A stretch of 64,000 nucleotides of DNA from Gammaproteobacteria bacterium (GCA_045564455.1 JBJLHG010000001.1:11754-75753); one strand, 5' to 3'. Shown: positions 1 to 11,859, numbered from the stretch's first letter. Numbers and translations: made by a program. Notes: a model not told the origin generated them from the letters alone.

Positions 1-378
1 ATGAATGATGATCTAGATACTCCGGTATGCAAATTAATGGATTATGGAAAGCATCTATTCGATTTAAAGAAACAAAAGACTGCTTCTAAGAAAAGGACTA
101 AAAAGACTCAGTTAAAAGAAATTAAATTTAGACCCGGAACCGATGAAAATGATTATCAGATTAAAATGAGAAATATCATTAAATTTTTAAGCGATGGCGA
201 TAAAACAAAAATTACCATGAGATTTAGAGGAAGAGAATTAGCTCATAAAGATATAGGACTTAGGTTGTTAAAAAGAGTAGAATCTGACCTCAGCGAAATA
301 GCTGGAGTAGAACAGGAACCTATTTCGGAAGGTAGACAACTAGTAATGTTATTGAGCCCACTAAAAAAGAAGAATTAA
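1..378 (+). CDS. infC: Translation initiation factor IF-3, C-terminal part (5' end outside window)
   Basis: Translation ...[10 protein letters not shown]...[17 protein letters not shown]...[12 protein letters not shown]... matches the remembered IF-3 C-domain. Followed by rpmI-rplT as in the conserved operon. Confidence 0.9.
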   Translation: MNDDLDTPVCKLMDYGKHLFDLKKQKTASKKRTKKTQLKEIKFRPGTDENDYQIKMRNIIKFLSDGDKTKITMRFRGRELAHKDIGLRLLKRVESDLSEIAGVEQEPISEGRQLVMLLSPLKKKN

Positions 379-379
379 A

Positions 380-577
380 ATGCCAAAAATAAAAGTCCAT
401 AGCGGCGCAGCTAAAAGATTTAAAAAAACTGGATCTGGTCTAAAAAGAAAGCATGCGAATAAAAGTCACATTCTTACCAAGATGACAACAAAGTCTAAGC
501 GTCAACTAAGAGGAACAGCAGCCTTAGCTCCTGGAGACGTAAAGCTGGTGAAGAGAATGTTCAAGGAGAAATCATAA
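380..577 (+). CDS. rpmI: 50S ribosomal protein L35
   Basis: 65 aa basic protein [20 protein letters not shown]..., located between infC and rplT, 1 nt after the infC stop. Confidence 0.9.
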   Translation: MPKIKVHSGAAKRFKKTGSGLKRKHANKSHILTKMTTKSKRQLRGTAALAPGDVKLVKRMFKEKS

Positions 578-578
578 A

Positions 579-935
579 ATGTCTAGAGTAAAACGTGGTG
601 TTACAGCTAAAGCCAGACACAAGAAAATTTTAAAATTAGCTAAAGGATACAGAGGTGCTAGAAGCAGGACTTTTAAAGTTGCAAAGCAAGCTGTTACCAA
701 AGCAGGTCAATATGCTTATAGAGATAGAAGAGTTAAGAAAAGAACTTTTCGTGCACTTTGGATAGTTAGAATTAATGCTGCTGCTAGAGCCAATGGTCTT
801 TCTTATAGTGTTTTTATGAATGCTTTAAAAAAAGCCAATATCGATCTTGATAGAAGAGTATTAGCAGATATGGCGGCTGAAGATGAAAAAGCTTTTGCTG
901 ATTTGGTCGCAATCGCTAAGCAAAATGCAGCATAA
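579..935 (+). CDS. rplT: 50S ribosomal protein L20
   Basis: [30 protein letters not shown]...AYRDRR... is a typical L20 N-terminus. Operon position agrees. Confidence 0.95.
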   Translation: MSRVKRGVTAKARHKKILKLAKGYRGARSRTFKVAKQAVTKAGQYAYRDRRVKKRTFRALWIVRINAAARANGLSYSVFMNALKKANIDLDRRVLADMAAEDEKAFADLVAIAKQNAA

Positions 936-943
936 TATATGCT

Positions 944-1918
944 ATGGATTTGCAACCGCTTAAAAAGCAATTACTTCAAGATTTAAATAAAGTATCAAGC
1001 TCTAAAGAACTCCAAGATATAAAAGTTAAATATCTCGGGAAGAAGGGGAAAATTTCGCTTCTTTCTAAAAATCTAGGAAAACTGTCTCAAAAAGAAAGAC
1101 CGAAAGCTGGGAAAGTAATCAATGAATTGAGATTGTTATTTGAAAGCCAGAGCAAAATATTAATTGAAAAAATTGAATCTAAAGAAATAGAAGCAATTTT
1201 AGAAAAAGATTCTATAGACATATCTTTGCCTTCAAGCGAGATTCAAACTGGAAATCTTCATCCAATCACTAAGACGATAAATAAAATATGTGAGTTTTTC
1301 TCTGCTCGAGGATACTTAATAGAAGATGGGCCAGAAATAGAGAGCGAGTATTATAATTTTGATGCTTTAAACATTCCAAAAGATCATCCTGCTAGAGATA
1401 TGCATGATACATTTTATGTTGATGTACAGACTCTTTTGAGAACGCATACTTCCCCGGTTCAAATTAGGGCAATCAACAAAAGAAATGTTCCTTTAAAAAT
1501 TATTTGTCCAGGAAAAGTCTATCGAAGTGATGCAGACCAAACTCATACGCCAATGTTTCATCAAATAGAAGGCCTGTTAATAGATGAAAATGTAAATTTC
1601 GGAAACTTAAAACAAGAGTTAACAGATTTTTTAAATTATTTTTTTGAAAAAGATTTAGAGGTAAGATTCAGACCATCGTATTTTCCTTTTACTGAGCCTT
1701 CGGCAGAAGTAGACATCATGGATAAAAAAGGATGGTTAGAAATAATGGGCTGCGGAATGGTGCATCCAAATGTTTTAAAAGAAGCAGGAGTGAATCCGAA
1801 TAAGTATTCAGGTTTTGCTTTTGGTCTCGGTATTGAAAGAATGGCAAAGCTGGATTACGAGATGGAAGACATGCGTCTATTATTTGAAAATGACATAAGA
1901 TTAATTTCACAATCATAA
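944..1918 (+). CDS. pheS: Phenylalanine--tRNA ligase alpha subunit
   Basis: 324 aa with class II aaRS motifs (HPARDMHDTFY, FRPSYFPFTEPSAEVD, GFAFGLGIERMA). Starts 8 nt after rplT. Confidence 0.95.
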   Translation: MDLQPLKKQLLQDLNKVSSSKELQDIKVKYLGKKGKISLLSKNLGKLSQKERPKAGKVINELRLLFESQSKILIEKIESKEIEAILEKDSIDISLPSSEIQTGNLHPITKTINKICEFFSARGYLIEDGPEIESEYYNFDALNIPKDHPARDMHDTFYVDVQTLLRTHTSPVQIRAINKRNVPLKIICPGKVYRSDADQTHTPMFHQIEGLLIDENVNFGNLKQELTDFLNYFFEKDLEVRFRPSYFPFTEPSAEVDIMDKKGWLEIMGCGMVHPNVLKEAGVNPNKYSGFAFGLGIERMAKLDYEMEDMRLLFENDIRLISQS

Positions 1919-1920
1919 TT

Positions 1921-3969
1921 ATGAAAATTCTCAAATCTCACCTTGAAGAAAAATTAGGCAATAAAAAAAATATTACTAAACTTGGCGAGCAATTGACTAT
2001 GTTAGGCCTAGAAGTTGACTCTATAGATCCAATAAAAAAAGATTATTCTATAGACATAGATTTAACTCCTAATAGAGGTGATTGTTTTAGTGTTCTTGGT
2101 GTCGCAAGAGAAATCGCTGCAGATGAACAAATAAAATTAAAAAAAGAAAAAACTTTCTCGATTGATTTCGCAGGAAAGCCGAAAAAAAAAGTTAATGTAA
2201 AAGAACCGGAAGCCTGTCCTAGATATTGCTTGATGGAAATATCTAATTTTTCGTTAAAAGATACAAAGGGAAAATTAAAAAAAATACCGGAATCTATCAA
2301 CTTTCGTCTGGAAAATGCGGGTATAAACTCAGTTAATCCCATTGTAGATTTATTAAATTACGTAATGTTAGATATCGGCCAGCCAATGCATGCTTTTGAT
2401 GCAAATAAAATTAATGGGGAACTCCAAGTTAGATTTGCAAATAAAAATGAAAAAATCACTTTATTAGATGATCAAAAAATAAACCTAACAGATGATTGTT
2501 TGTTAATTGCAGATGAAAAAAATCCCTTAGCACTTGCTGGAGTAATGGGTGGCTTGGGTTCATCCGTAGACATAGAAACAAACTCAGTTATTTTAGAGTC
2601 TGCATTCTTTTCTCCTAGTTTTATTAGAGGCAAAGGAAGAAAATATGGAATTCAAACGGATGCTTCGCAAAGGTTTGAAAGAGGTGTAGATTTTGAACTA
2701 CAAAAAAAAGCTTTGCAGTTAGCTGCTAGCTTGATTCAAAAATACGTAGGTGGAACTTGCTCTAATTTTAAAGAAGTTGTTTTTAAAAAATTCTTACCTA
2801 GCAGAAAGCCGATCAATCTTTCGATCTCAGCTTTAAATAATAAACTTGGCACTTCACTAAAAATATCCGAAGTAAAAAAATCTCTAAATTTTTTAGAAAT
2901 TTCTTCATCTTCAGGGCCAGGAGATCCGCTAATAAAACTTAAACCTCCAAGTCATAGATTTGATCTTGAAATAGAAGCGGATATGGTTGAAGAAGTTGCT
3001 AGGCTGGTTGGATATGATAAATTGCCTTTGAAAAAAGTTAGATCATCTTTTCAGGACTTTTCAAAAACTTCCTATGAGAAAACACTAAATCTTAAAAAAT
3101 TCATTGCTAATCAAAACTTTCAAGAAGTAATTAATTACTCTTTTGTTGACGATCAACTTCAAACAAAACTTAATCTTTCAAAGAATATGATAATGATTCA
3201 AAACCCCATTAATGAAAATTTGAATTCTATGAGAACAAGTTTAATCCCAGGGTTGATTAATAATTTAATCTCAAATTCAAAAAGAGGAGCTTCTTATCTT
3301 AAAATTTTTGAAGAAGGAAAAGTCTTTTCAAATGAAAAAAAAATTACGGAAAAAAATAAAATTGCAGGATTGATTTATGATCAGGAAAAAAAGAAAGCTT
3401 GGAATAATTCAGAAACCTTTGATTTTTATAGTCTAAAAGAATTAATTTTAAAATTATTAGATTTTTCATCAGTAGAAAAAATTTCGTTTAAACCTTCAAC
3501 CTTTAAGCTCTTGCATCCAAAGATCTCAGCTGATATTCATAAAAATAATACGAGGATTGGATCTTTTGGAGAGATTCACCCAACGGTAATAAAAAAAGTA
3601 GATTTAAAAAAATCCTTCTTTTATTTTGAAATTGATTCCTTAGAATTATTCAATGAAAAAAAGGTCAAGCTTACTGAGCCTTCAAAATATCCTCAAGTAC
3701 AAAGAGACTTGGCTTTCATAGTTCCCAATGAATTGAATTTTAGTGACATAGAAAAAGAAATTAAGGTAAATTCAGGCAAAGATTTGACCGACATTAAATT
3801 ATTTGATTTATATAAAGGCGGAGATTTATCTAAGACTTCAAAAAGTCTTGCTTTTAGAATTACTTGGCAGTCTAAAAAAGGAACTTTAGATGATCTTTAT
3901 ATAGATTCTCTCGTTTCAGATATTACGAACAATTTAAAAAACAAATACAAAGTTGAATTAAGAACCTAA
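1921..3969 (+). CDS. pheT: Phenylalanine--tRNA ligase beta subunit (short form lacking the N-proximal OB-fold tRNA-binding domain)
   Basis: 682 aa. B1-like N-terminus (LTMLGLEVDS) joins directly to the TPNRGDC motif. B3/4, B5 and C-terminal FDX-ACB-like regions are present (QRDLAFIV...). Confidence 0.9.
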   Translation: MKILKSHLEEKLGNKKNITKLGEQLTMLGLEVDSIDPIKKDYSIDIDLTPNRGDCFSVLGVAREIAADEQIKLKKEKTFSIDFAGKPKKKVNVKEPEACPRYCLMEISNFSLKDTKGKLKKIPESINFRLENAGINSVNPIVDLLNYVMLDIGQPMHAFDANKINGELQVRFANKNEKITLLDDQKINLTDDCLLIADEKNPLALAGVMGGLGSSVDIETNSVILESAFFSPSFIRGKGRKYGIQTDASQRFERGVDFELQKKALQLAASLIQKYVGGTCSNFKEVVFKKFLPSRKPINLSISALNNKLGTSLKISEVKKSLNFLEISSSSGPGDPLIKLKPPSHRFDLEIEADMVEEVARLVGYDKLPLKKVRSSFQDFSKTSYEKTLNLKKFIANQNFQEVINYSFVDDQLQTKLNLSKNMIMIQNPINENLNSMRTSLIPGLINNLISNSKRGASYLKIFEEGKVFSNEKKITEKNKIAGLIYDQEKKKAWNNSETFDFYSLKELILKLLDFSSVEKISFKPSTFKLLHPKISADIHKNNTRIGSFGEIHPTVIKKVDLKKSFFYFEIDSLELFNEKKVKLTEPSKYPQVQRDLAFIVPNELNFSDIEKEIKVNSGKDLTDIKLFDLYKGGDLSKTSKSLAFRITWQSKKGTLDDLYIDSLVSDITNNLKNKYKVELRT

Positions 3970-3973
3970 TAAG

Positions 3974-4249
3974 ATGTCACTAACCAAAGCAAAACTAGTT
4001 AATTATTTAAATGATAAAATGGGCTTACCTAAAAAAGATTGCTCTATGATTGTGGAAGCTTTTTTTGAAGAGATATCTACTGCTTTACAAAATGGAGAAG
4101 AAGTTAAACTTCCCGGTTTAGGAAATTTTTCAGTTACTCATAAAAAAAGCAGACCTGGAAGAAATCCTAGAACCGGAAAAGAACACACAATTTCAGCAAG
4201 AAATGTTGTTAGTTTTAAAGCTGGCAGAAAGTTGAGAAAAAGTCTTTAA
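3974..4249 (+). CDS. ihfA: Integration host factor alpha subunit
   Basis: 91 aa HU/IHF fold (GLGNFSV...RPGRNPRTGKE). Sits immediately downstream of pheT as in other gammaproteobacteria. Confidence 0.85.
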   Translation: MSLTKAKLVNYLNDKMGLPKKDCSMIVEAFFEEISTALQNGEEVKLPGLGNFSVTHKKSRPGRNPRTGKEHTISARNVVSFKAGRKLRKSL

Positions 4250-4252
4250 TCT

Positions 4253-4576
4253 ATGGATTATGATCTTAGCCAAATTCCTAACAAAAAATATTTTACTATC
4301 AAAGAAGTTTCTGCGGTCTGTCAGGTAGAAACGCATACTTTAAGATATTGGGAAAAAGAATTTGAATCTATCTTTTCTATACAAAGGTCAGGCAACAGAA
4401 GACTTTATCAACAAAAAGATATTATCAATTTAATAAAAATAAAAAACCTTTTGAATGAAGGCGGTATGACAATAAAAGGCGCTAAAGCTAGATTAGAGAA
4501 TTCAAAAAAAGAAGATTCTATTAATTTTAAAATTATTGAAGAGTTAAAAGATATATTAAATATAATAAAGAATTAA
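4253..4576 (+). CDS. MerR-family transcriptional regulator (small, HTH only)
   Basis: 107 aa with a MerR-type HTH (YFTIKEVSAVCQVETHTLRYWEKEF). Conserved position downstream of ihfA. Confidence 0.7.
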   Translation: MDYDLSQIPNKKYFTIKEVSAVCQVETHTLRYWEKEFESIFSIQRSGNRRLYQQKDIINLIKIKNLLNEGGMTIKGAKARLENSKKEDSINFKIIEELKDILNIIKN

Positions 4577-4593
4577 TTTATGCGGGGGAGATC

Positions 4594-5118
4594 ATGAGAA
4601 GAATAGTTACGGGCCACAACAGAGAAGGTAAATCAATTATTAATATTGATGGACCTCCAGCTAAATCTTTAGGAGAAGAAGTAGGGGGTTTGTATGAGCT
4701 TTGGAATACAGACGGTGAAGAAATTAATACTTTGGATAACGTTGATCGAGCTGATGCAGAAGTTTTATTATCACCTCCAAGAGGCGGAACAAAATTTCGA
4801 TACTTTCAAATTAATCCTACACCTGAAGGAGTGCCAGCTGAAATGATGGAAGATGCTGCTGCGGAAGCCTTCGAAAAAATGGGGGCGTCACACCATAGAG
4901 TAGACACTTCAAGACATCCGGCAATGCATAAAACAGATACGATTGATTATATTATTCTATTAAAAGGAGACGTAACTCTTTTGCTCGATGAAGAAGAAGT
5001 AGATTTAAAACCTTTTGATGTGGTTGTTCAAAGGGGCACTAACCATGCTTGGGTTAATAATGGAACAGAACCAGCGCTATTTATTGCAGTTTTAATAGAC
5101 AGTGATTTAAGAGAATAA
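4594..5118 (+). CDS. Cupin-domain protein, function unknown
   Basis: 174 aa. C-terminal beta-barrel-like segment (DYIILLKGDVTLLLD...VVVQRGTNHAWVN). GGGGAG RBS upstream. Confidence 0.5.
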   Translation: MRRIVTGHNREGKSIINIDGPPAKSLGEEVGGLYELWNTDGEEINTLDNVDRADAEVLLSPPRGGTKFRYFQINPTPEGVPAEMMEDAAAEAFEKMGASHHRVDTSRHPAMHKTDTIDYIILLKGDVTLLLDEEEVDLKPFDVVVQRGTNHAWVNNGTEPALFIAVLIDSDLRE

Positions 5119-5124
5119 TTAGCT

Positions 5125-6718
<1,594 letters not shown>

Positions 6719-6720
6719 GA

Positions 6721-7905
6721 TTAATTTGACGCTACTATTCCGTCTTTGATTAATCTTTTTTTGTCTTCGTCACTATATTCAATAGATGAAAGGATTTCGA
6801 GGGTATGTTCACCTAATTTCGGCGCCGGCTTTGAAATCTCAATGGGAGTTTCGCTAAACTGAGCTGCAGGTTTTGCTTGTCTAACCTCGCCGAACCCTTC
6901 GTATTTAGTTCTTAATATTGAATCGTTAGAAATGATTTGTTCATTGCCTAAAAGCTCCATACGATTAAGTAAGGGCGCACTCGGCACACCTTCTTTTTGT
7001 AGACGAATCAAGATTTCTTCACCGTTCCACTTTGAAATTTCATCGCCTGTAATTTCTTTCCTTACTTGAGCATTTGATACTCGTCCAGAAGGGCTCGCAA
7101 ATCTCTCATCATTAATTAAATCTTCTCTATTTAATGCTTTGCACATACCTTCCCACTCGGCATCTGACACCGCGCCAGCGGTGATGTATCTGTCCTTAGC
7201 TTTGTATATTAAATCTTGCGTACCTTGAAGTTTTCGAACATCTATTTCATTATCAGCATAAACAATGCCTGCCATGCCTTCCGGCCAAAAGAAAGACAAC
7301 ATGCTATCGAGCATGGATAATTCAATGTGCTGACCTTTGCCATTTTTTTCTCGAGCGTATAAGGCCGAGGATACAGCTTGAGCAGAGGTAAGGGCGGTTA
7401 CTTTGTCGGCAATGATGATTCGAAACATTTTGGGCGTCTGGGTTTCTCTATCAGCTTGAATATCGGTTGCACCTGATAAAGCCTGAATAACAGGATCGTA
7501 AACCCTCGAGTTGGCATAAGGTCCTTTACTGCCAAAACCACTAATGGAGACATAGATTATTTTTTTGTTTATCTCTCTAATGGTTTTTTCTCCTATGCCC
7601 ATTCGGTCTACTGCGCCAGGACGGAAATTTTGCATAAAGACATCCGCTTTAGCAGCTAACTTGAATAATATCTCTTTACCTTCTTCGGATTTAAGATTAA
7701 GTGCAATTGATTTTTTACCTCGGTTACAAGAGAAGAAAACAGGATTTACTCCATTATGAGGTGCAGCCATATGACGAACCAACTCCCCAGTTATAGGTTC
7801 TACTTTGATGACTTCTGCGCCTTGATCAGCGAGCATCATAGCGCCGACTGGTCCTGATACCATGCCAGTCAGATCCAATACTTTTACTCCATTAAGTGGT
7901 CCCAT
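6721..7905 (-). CDS. Family III CoA-transferase (CaiB/BaiF type)
   Basis: 394 aa. N-terminus [36 protein letters not shown] and ...[14 protein letters not shown] are typical of the family. Confidence 0.8.
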   Translation of the reverse strand: MGPLNGVKVLDLTGMVSGPVGAMMLADQGAEVIKVEPITGELVRHMAAPHNGVNPVFFSCNRGKKSIALNLKSEEGKEILFKLAAKADVFMQNFRPGAVDRMGIGEKTIREINKKIIYVSISGFGSKGPYANSRVYDPVIQALSGATDIQADRETQTPKMFRIIIADKVTALTSAQAVSSALYAREKNGKGQHIELSMLDSMLSFFWPEGMAGIVYADNEIDVRKLQGTQDLIYKAKDRYITAGAVSDAEWEGMCKALNREDLINDERFASPSGRVSNAQVRKEITGDEISKWNGEEILIRLQKEGVPSAPLLNRMELLGNEQIISNDSILRTKYEGFGEVRQAKPAAQFSETPIEISKPAPKLGEHTLEILSSIEYSDEDKKRLIKDGIVASN

Positions 7906-7910
7906 ATTAT

Positions 7911-8543
7911 TTAACCTCCAAAGTTTATTTCCATTGCTTTTTTAAAAGCACTCCTATTTGAGATTTTATCTCTATAAACAGCAATATTTTTTGGCAAGGT
8001 GAATTCATAATAGGTAGCCCAATCTAGACAAGACATAAAGAATATATCGGCTAGACCAAAACCTTGATCTAGAATAGATTCTTTTTTTTCTAAATAAGGC
8101 TCAATAACTCGAAATTGACGTTTTAAATATTCTCGACAAGATTCTACAACGTTGGGGGCTGCTCCGTATATGTTAGTTAAATCATAATGCCTTCTCATGA
8201 CATAAAGGCATGTTTCATCAAGCTCTCCATAAATGAAACTGCACCATTCATCTTCTTTAGCCAAGTCTTTCGGAGTTTGGGGAATAAATAGATTATTAGA
8301 CGGAAAAGTATTTTGTAAATACTTACAAATAGCTAAGCTTTCAGAGAGTTGAAAGGTCCCATGTTCCATAAAAGGAATCTTCTGTTTAGGATTAAGTTTT
8401 GTGTATTCTTCCGATAAAGTTTCACCAGTTCTTGGGCCAATAGGCAAAAGTTCATATTTGATTTCAAGTTCTTCTGCTATCCATATAGGACGCAAAGTTC
8501 TAGCGGTTTTAGAGCCCCATAATTTTATTTTCTTTAAATCCAT
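7911..8543 (-). CDS. Glutathione S-transferase family protein
   Basis: 210 aa with an N-terminal thioredoxin-like GST domain (KIPFMEHGTFQLSESLAICKYL) and a helical C-domain. Confidence 0.75.
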   Translation of the reverse strand: MDLKKIKLWGSKTARTLRPIWIAEELEIKYELLPIGPRTGETLSEEYTKLNPKQKIPFMEHGTFQLSESLAICKYLQNTFPSNNLFIPQTPKDLAKEDEWCSFIYGELDETCLYVMRRHYDLTNIYGAAPNVVESCREYLKRQFRVIEPYLEKKESILDQGFGLADIFFMSCLDWATYYEFTLPKNIAVYRDKISNRSAFKKAMEINFGG

Positions 8544-8610
8544 AATTTAATTTTAGATTAAATTTAATTTTTAACTAGCTTAAAAAAGCGATTTTGATGA
8601 TAATTTAAGT

Positions 8611-9021
8611 ATGGGAGAAGAAAAAAAATCAGTGGATAGCGTTCATTGGCTTACCGCAGCTAGCGAAAAAGTTTTATTAGTAATAATTGGAGTAGCAACT
8701 TGTTTAGCTTCTCTGCAATATTTGTATCAAATGTATTTGTTACAAGAAATTGTGTTGGCAGATTTATTCATGCTTTTCATATTTACTGAAATTCTTGCAA
8801 TGGTAGCTGCATTTTATAGCTCCAAAAGGATTCCAGTAACTTTGCCTATCATCATTGCTATAACGGCTCTCTGCAGATTGATTGTTATGCAAAACAAAGA
8901 AATGGACGCACTGATAATAATAGCTGAGGCTGGTGCTGTATTAATTCTCGCTGGATCAGCTTATTTAATGAGTTTAAAAGACAAACTAAGTTTAGAAAAA
9001 CTAAAAAATCAGAGAGATTAA
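8611..9021 (+). CDS. Small 4-TM membrane protein, PsiE-like
   Basis: 136 aa. Length and hydrophobic pattern resemble phosphate-starvation protein PsiE. Weak call from memory only. Confidence 0.4.
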   Translation: MGEEKKSVDSVHWLTAASEKVLLVIIGVATCLASLQYLYQMYLLQEIVLADLFMLFIFTEILAMVAAFYSSKRIPVTLPIIIAITALCRLIVMQNKEMDALIIIAEAGAVLILAGSAYLMSLKDKLSLEKLKNQRD

Positions 9022-9055
9022 CTTTTCTTAATTTTATTAATTTATGGAGGTATAA

Positions 9056-9367
9056 ATGCTTATTCAAGTAGTAACAACATGGGAGGGATCTCCCTCAGGA
9101 TTAGAAAAAATAGTTGAGGGATCTAAACAGGCAGGACCAATTCACGAATCAATGGGAGCTAAAAACCCTAGATTATGGAGAGCCAGCTCAGGCGGCGATG
9201 TTGAACAAGCTTATTATTCTGTTGAATTTGACTCTAATGAAGCCTATGGAAAGTATATGGACGAGATGATGAATTCAGAATGGTGGGCAGGTCTATCCAA
9301 GTTTCTTGAAGACGAATATCCTGATTTAAAAACTTTAGGAACCGACGTTTATTACAACGCAATTTAG
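9056..9367 (+). CDS. Hypothetical soluble protein (103 aa)
   Basis: Long ORF for an AT-rich genome, with a GGAGG RBS 7 nt upstream. No recognisable motif. Confidence 0.4.
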   Translation: MLIQVVTTWEGSPSGLEKIVEGSKQAGPIHESMGAKNPRLWRASSGGDVEQAYYSVEFDSNEAYGKYMDEMMNSEWWAGLSKFLEDEYPDLKTLGTDVYYNAI

Positions 9368-9372
9368 AAAAA

Positions 9373-9588
9373 TTATTTCTTTTCTACTTTAAAAATAAGC
9401 CGATCTTTATTTTTCTCAAAAGAAATCAATTTGTGATCTAAAAATTCACAGAATTTCTCTACATCTTTTTTTGCCACGGGATCAGTTGCTATCAGCTCAA
9501 CAACATCTCCCGAGTTGGATTCATGAATGGCTTTATGAAGAAGCATGATTGGCTCGGGGCAAATCAAACCTATGGCATCAACTTTCAT
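9373..9588 (-). CDS. TusA/SirA-family sulfur-carrier-like protein
   Basis: 71 aa with the VDAIGLICPEPIMLLHKAI motif (CPxP). Confidence 0.7.
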   Translation of the reverse strand: MKVDAIGLICPEPIMLLHKAIHESNSGDVVELIATDPVAKKDVEKFCEFLDHKLISFEKNKDRLIFKVEKK

Positions 9589-10372
9589 TGAGTTTATTTT
9601 TGTCGTTATCGTAATACCTTAATCGCTCAATATCTTCTTCATTGGTTTTTTCACCATATTGAATTTCTATAATACGACATGGCTCTTTATGTGGATTAAT
9701 AATTTGATGCCAAGCTTCTTTTTCTACATGAAACACATCTTCCAACGATAAAGATACTTCATCATACTTTTCAGGATCATTTTTGCTGTAATTCACCAAG
9801 CATGAACCTTCGCTGACAAACCATATTTCATTTCTAAAAAAATGTTTTTGAAAGCTCATCCCTTTACCAGGATCTATTATCAATTCTTTTAATTTTAAAG
9901 ATTCGTTTTCAAACAAATCATAAAATTTTCCCCATACGCGATCTTCACTTCGATATTGAAACTCTTTTAAAATCCAGCTGGAAGAATTTTTCTTGTCATC
10001 ACCTCCCACGCTAAAAGCAAATTCAATATTAGATACTGCCATTTCAGGAATATTTTCTTGAGTCCGATCACCGCCGTTACAGAAAGTTATTTCGTCATCG
10101 GGATATAATTTTTTAATTTTTTCCAAAGCAAAAGTCGCACTACCTTTGTCATCATCTTGGAAATCTATGACCTCATCAACCATCCTTAAGTTTTGAAGAA
10201 TAATTTTTCTTTCTACAAAAGGCATAAAAAATTTAGATTTTTTATTTATTAACCAGGCATCGCTATTTAGGGCAACGATTAACTTGTCACCAAGTTTTCT
10301 AGCAGCTTCAAAATAGGCAATATGACCAGAGTGGATAGGATCAAATCCTCCGCTAACAACAATAATTTTCAT
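9578..10372 (-). CDS. Fusion protein: cytidylyl/adenylyltransferase (HxGH) domain + C-terminal cupin (type II phosphomannose-isomerase-like)
   Basis: N-terminus VVSGGFDPIHSGHIAYF is the nucleotidyltransferase signature. C-terminus has a cupin pattern (PGKGMSFQKHFFRNEIWFV...WHQIINP...IIEIQYG). Confidence 0.6.
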   Translation of the reverse strand: MKIIVVSGGFDPIHSGHIAYFEAARKLGDKLIVALNSDAWLINKKSKFFMPFVERKIILQNLRMVDEVIDFQDDDKGSATFALEKIKKLYPDDEITFCNGGDRTQENIPEMAVSNIEFAFSVGGDDKKNSSSWILKEFQYRSEDRVWGKFYDLFENESLKLKELIIDPGKGMSFQKHFFRNEIWFVSEGSCLVNYSKNDPEKYDEVSLSLEDVFHVEKEAWHQIINPHKEPCRIIEIQYGEKTNEEDIERLRYYDNDKNKLNES

Positions 10373-10399
10373 AATTAAAATATTTTAAAGTTTTTTTAC

Positions 10400-11812
10400 T
10401 TAAAAGACTTTAAAATTTTTATCATTTATAGCTTTATTGGTCGTTCGATTTAATCTTATAAACACTAAAATAGACGATAATAATACGCCTGTGCATAAAC
10501 CTATCCACATGCCAAAAGCTCCTTGAGCTGGGACAAAAAGATCAGTTAACCCAATAGAATATCCTACTGGTAATGCAAATAACCAAAAAGCAATGATCAT
10601 GATAAAAAGTGGAGCTAACGTATCTTTATAGCCTCTTAAAGCTCCTTGACCAGTAAAACTAACACCATCAGAAATTTGCATAAAAGCAGCAACCATTAAC
10701 AAAGATCCGGATAAAGAAATGATACTTGGATCAGTATTGAATAGACTAGCAAGATCTGAGCCATAGCCGTATAAAATAAAAAAGTTAAAAACAGCTAAAG
10801 ATACGGCAACACAAATGGCAAAAAAGGAAGAATATCTAGCGTGTTTGAAATTGCTAGCACCTAGAAGATTTCCCGTTCTTACTGCTGCAGCTAAGCCAAC
10901 TGACAATGGCAGCATAAAAGTAACTGTCGTTACTTGCATGGCAATTGAATGTGCGGCGATGGTGGACTCTCCTAAACTACTTAGTAACAGACCGCTGCCA
11001 CTAAAAAGTCCAAACTCAACAAATATACAAGCTCCAATCGGAAATCCTAATTTAAAAATCTCCAATATTTTTTTTAAATCTGGTTTTTCAAAGCCTTTAA
11101 ATAAATTTGCATCTTGGTAGTGCCTTGATGAATAGATATATATAACCAATGCAATTAATGCTGCCCAAGAGGAAATAGCAAAAGAAATGCCACAACCAGC
11201 TCCACCCATTTCTGGAAGTCCAAAATTTCCAAAAATTAAACCATAATTTAAAAAGGCATTAAGAATTACCATACCAATATTTATAAATGTTATAGGAATA
11301 GGTCTGGTTATACCCTCGCTAAAAGATTTTAAAGGCTGAAAAAGAAATAATGCAGGCGTTCCTATCAACAAACCGTTCAAATAACTTTTAGCAATCACTC
11401 GAACTTCTTCTGGAGATTGAAAAAATTCTAAGATTCGATCAGCAAAAGATAGATAAATAGAAACTAGGATAATTAGTGGTAAGCACAACCAAAAAGCTTG
11501 TTTTAAGAGAGGCCCAATTTCTGCTGTTTTTCTAGCTCCATAATACTGAGCTACAAATGCTGTAACTATAAATAAGCTTCCACCCAATCCAAAAAAAATT
11601 GGCCAAAAAAGCATATTCCCTGTTGCTACAGCAGCTTGGTCAATCGTACTGTAGCCTCCAGTCATCAAAGCAGCTATGACGCCTGTTGCGTGTGATGCAA
11701 GCTGAGAAAAATATATAGGAATTGCTAGGCCAGCAAAAACTTTTAGCTCAAGGCTAATTTTCTTTGAAGGATCAACAGGCTCTAACATCCTGATATCGTC
11801 GTGTTCTTTCAT
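10400..11812 (-). CDS. MATE-family efflux transporter
   Basis: 470 aa with about 12 hydrophobic segments and a NorM-like N-terminus. Confidence 0.85.
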   Translation of the reverse strand: MKEHDDIRMLEPVDPSKKISLELKVFAGLAIPIYFSQLASHATGVIAALMTGGYSTIDQAAVATGNMLFWPIFFGLGGSLFIVTAFVAQYYGARKTAEIGPLLKQAFWLCLPLIILVSIYLSFADRILEFFQSPEEVRVIAKSYLNGLLIGTPALFLFQPLKSFSEGITRPIPITFINIGMVILNAFLNYGLIFGNFGLPEMGGAGCGISFAISSWAALIALVIYIYSSRHYQDANLFKGFEKPDLKKILEIFKLGFPIGACIFVEFGLFSGSGLLLSSLGESTIAAHSIAMQVTTVTFMLPLSVGLAAAVRTGNLLGASNFKHARYSSFFAICVAVSLAVFNFFILYGYGSDLASLFNTDPSIISLSGSLLMVAAFMQISDGVSFTGQGALRGYKDTLAPLFIMIIAFWLFALPVGYSIGLTDLFVPAQGAFGMWIGLCTGVLLSSILVFIRLNRTTNKAINDKNFKVF

Positions 11813-11859
11813 AAAGGTAAGGTATGATATTACTTTAAAAACTATCTTGGAGTTAAAAA

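Noticed and set aside
936-943. Expected pheM-type leader or attenuator upstream of pheS
   Set aside because: Only 8 nt separate rplT and pheS, so there is no room for a leader peptide or terminator. pheST appears simply co-translated with the rplT operon here.
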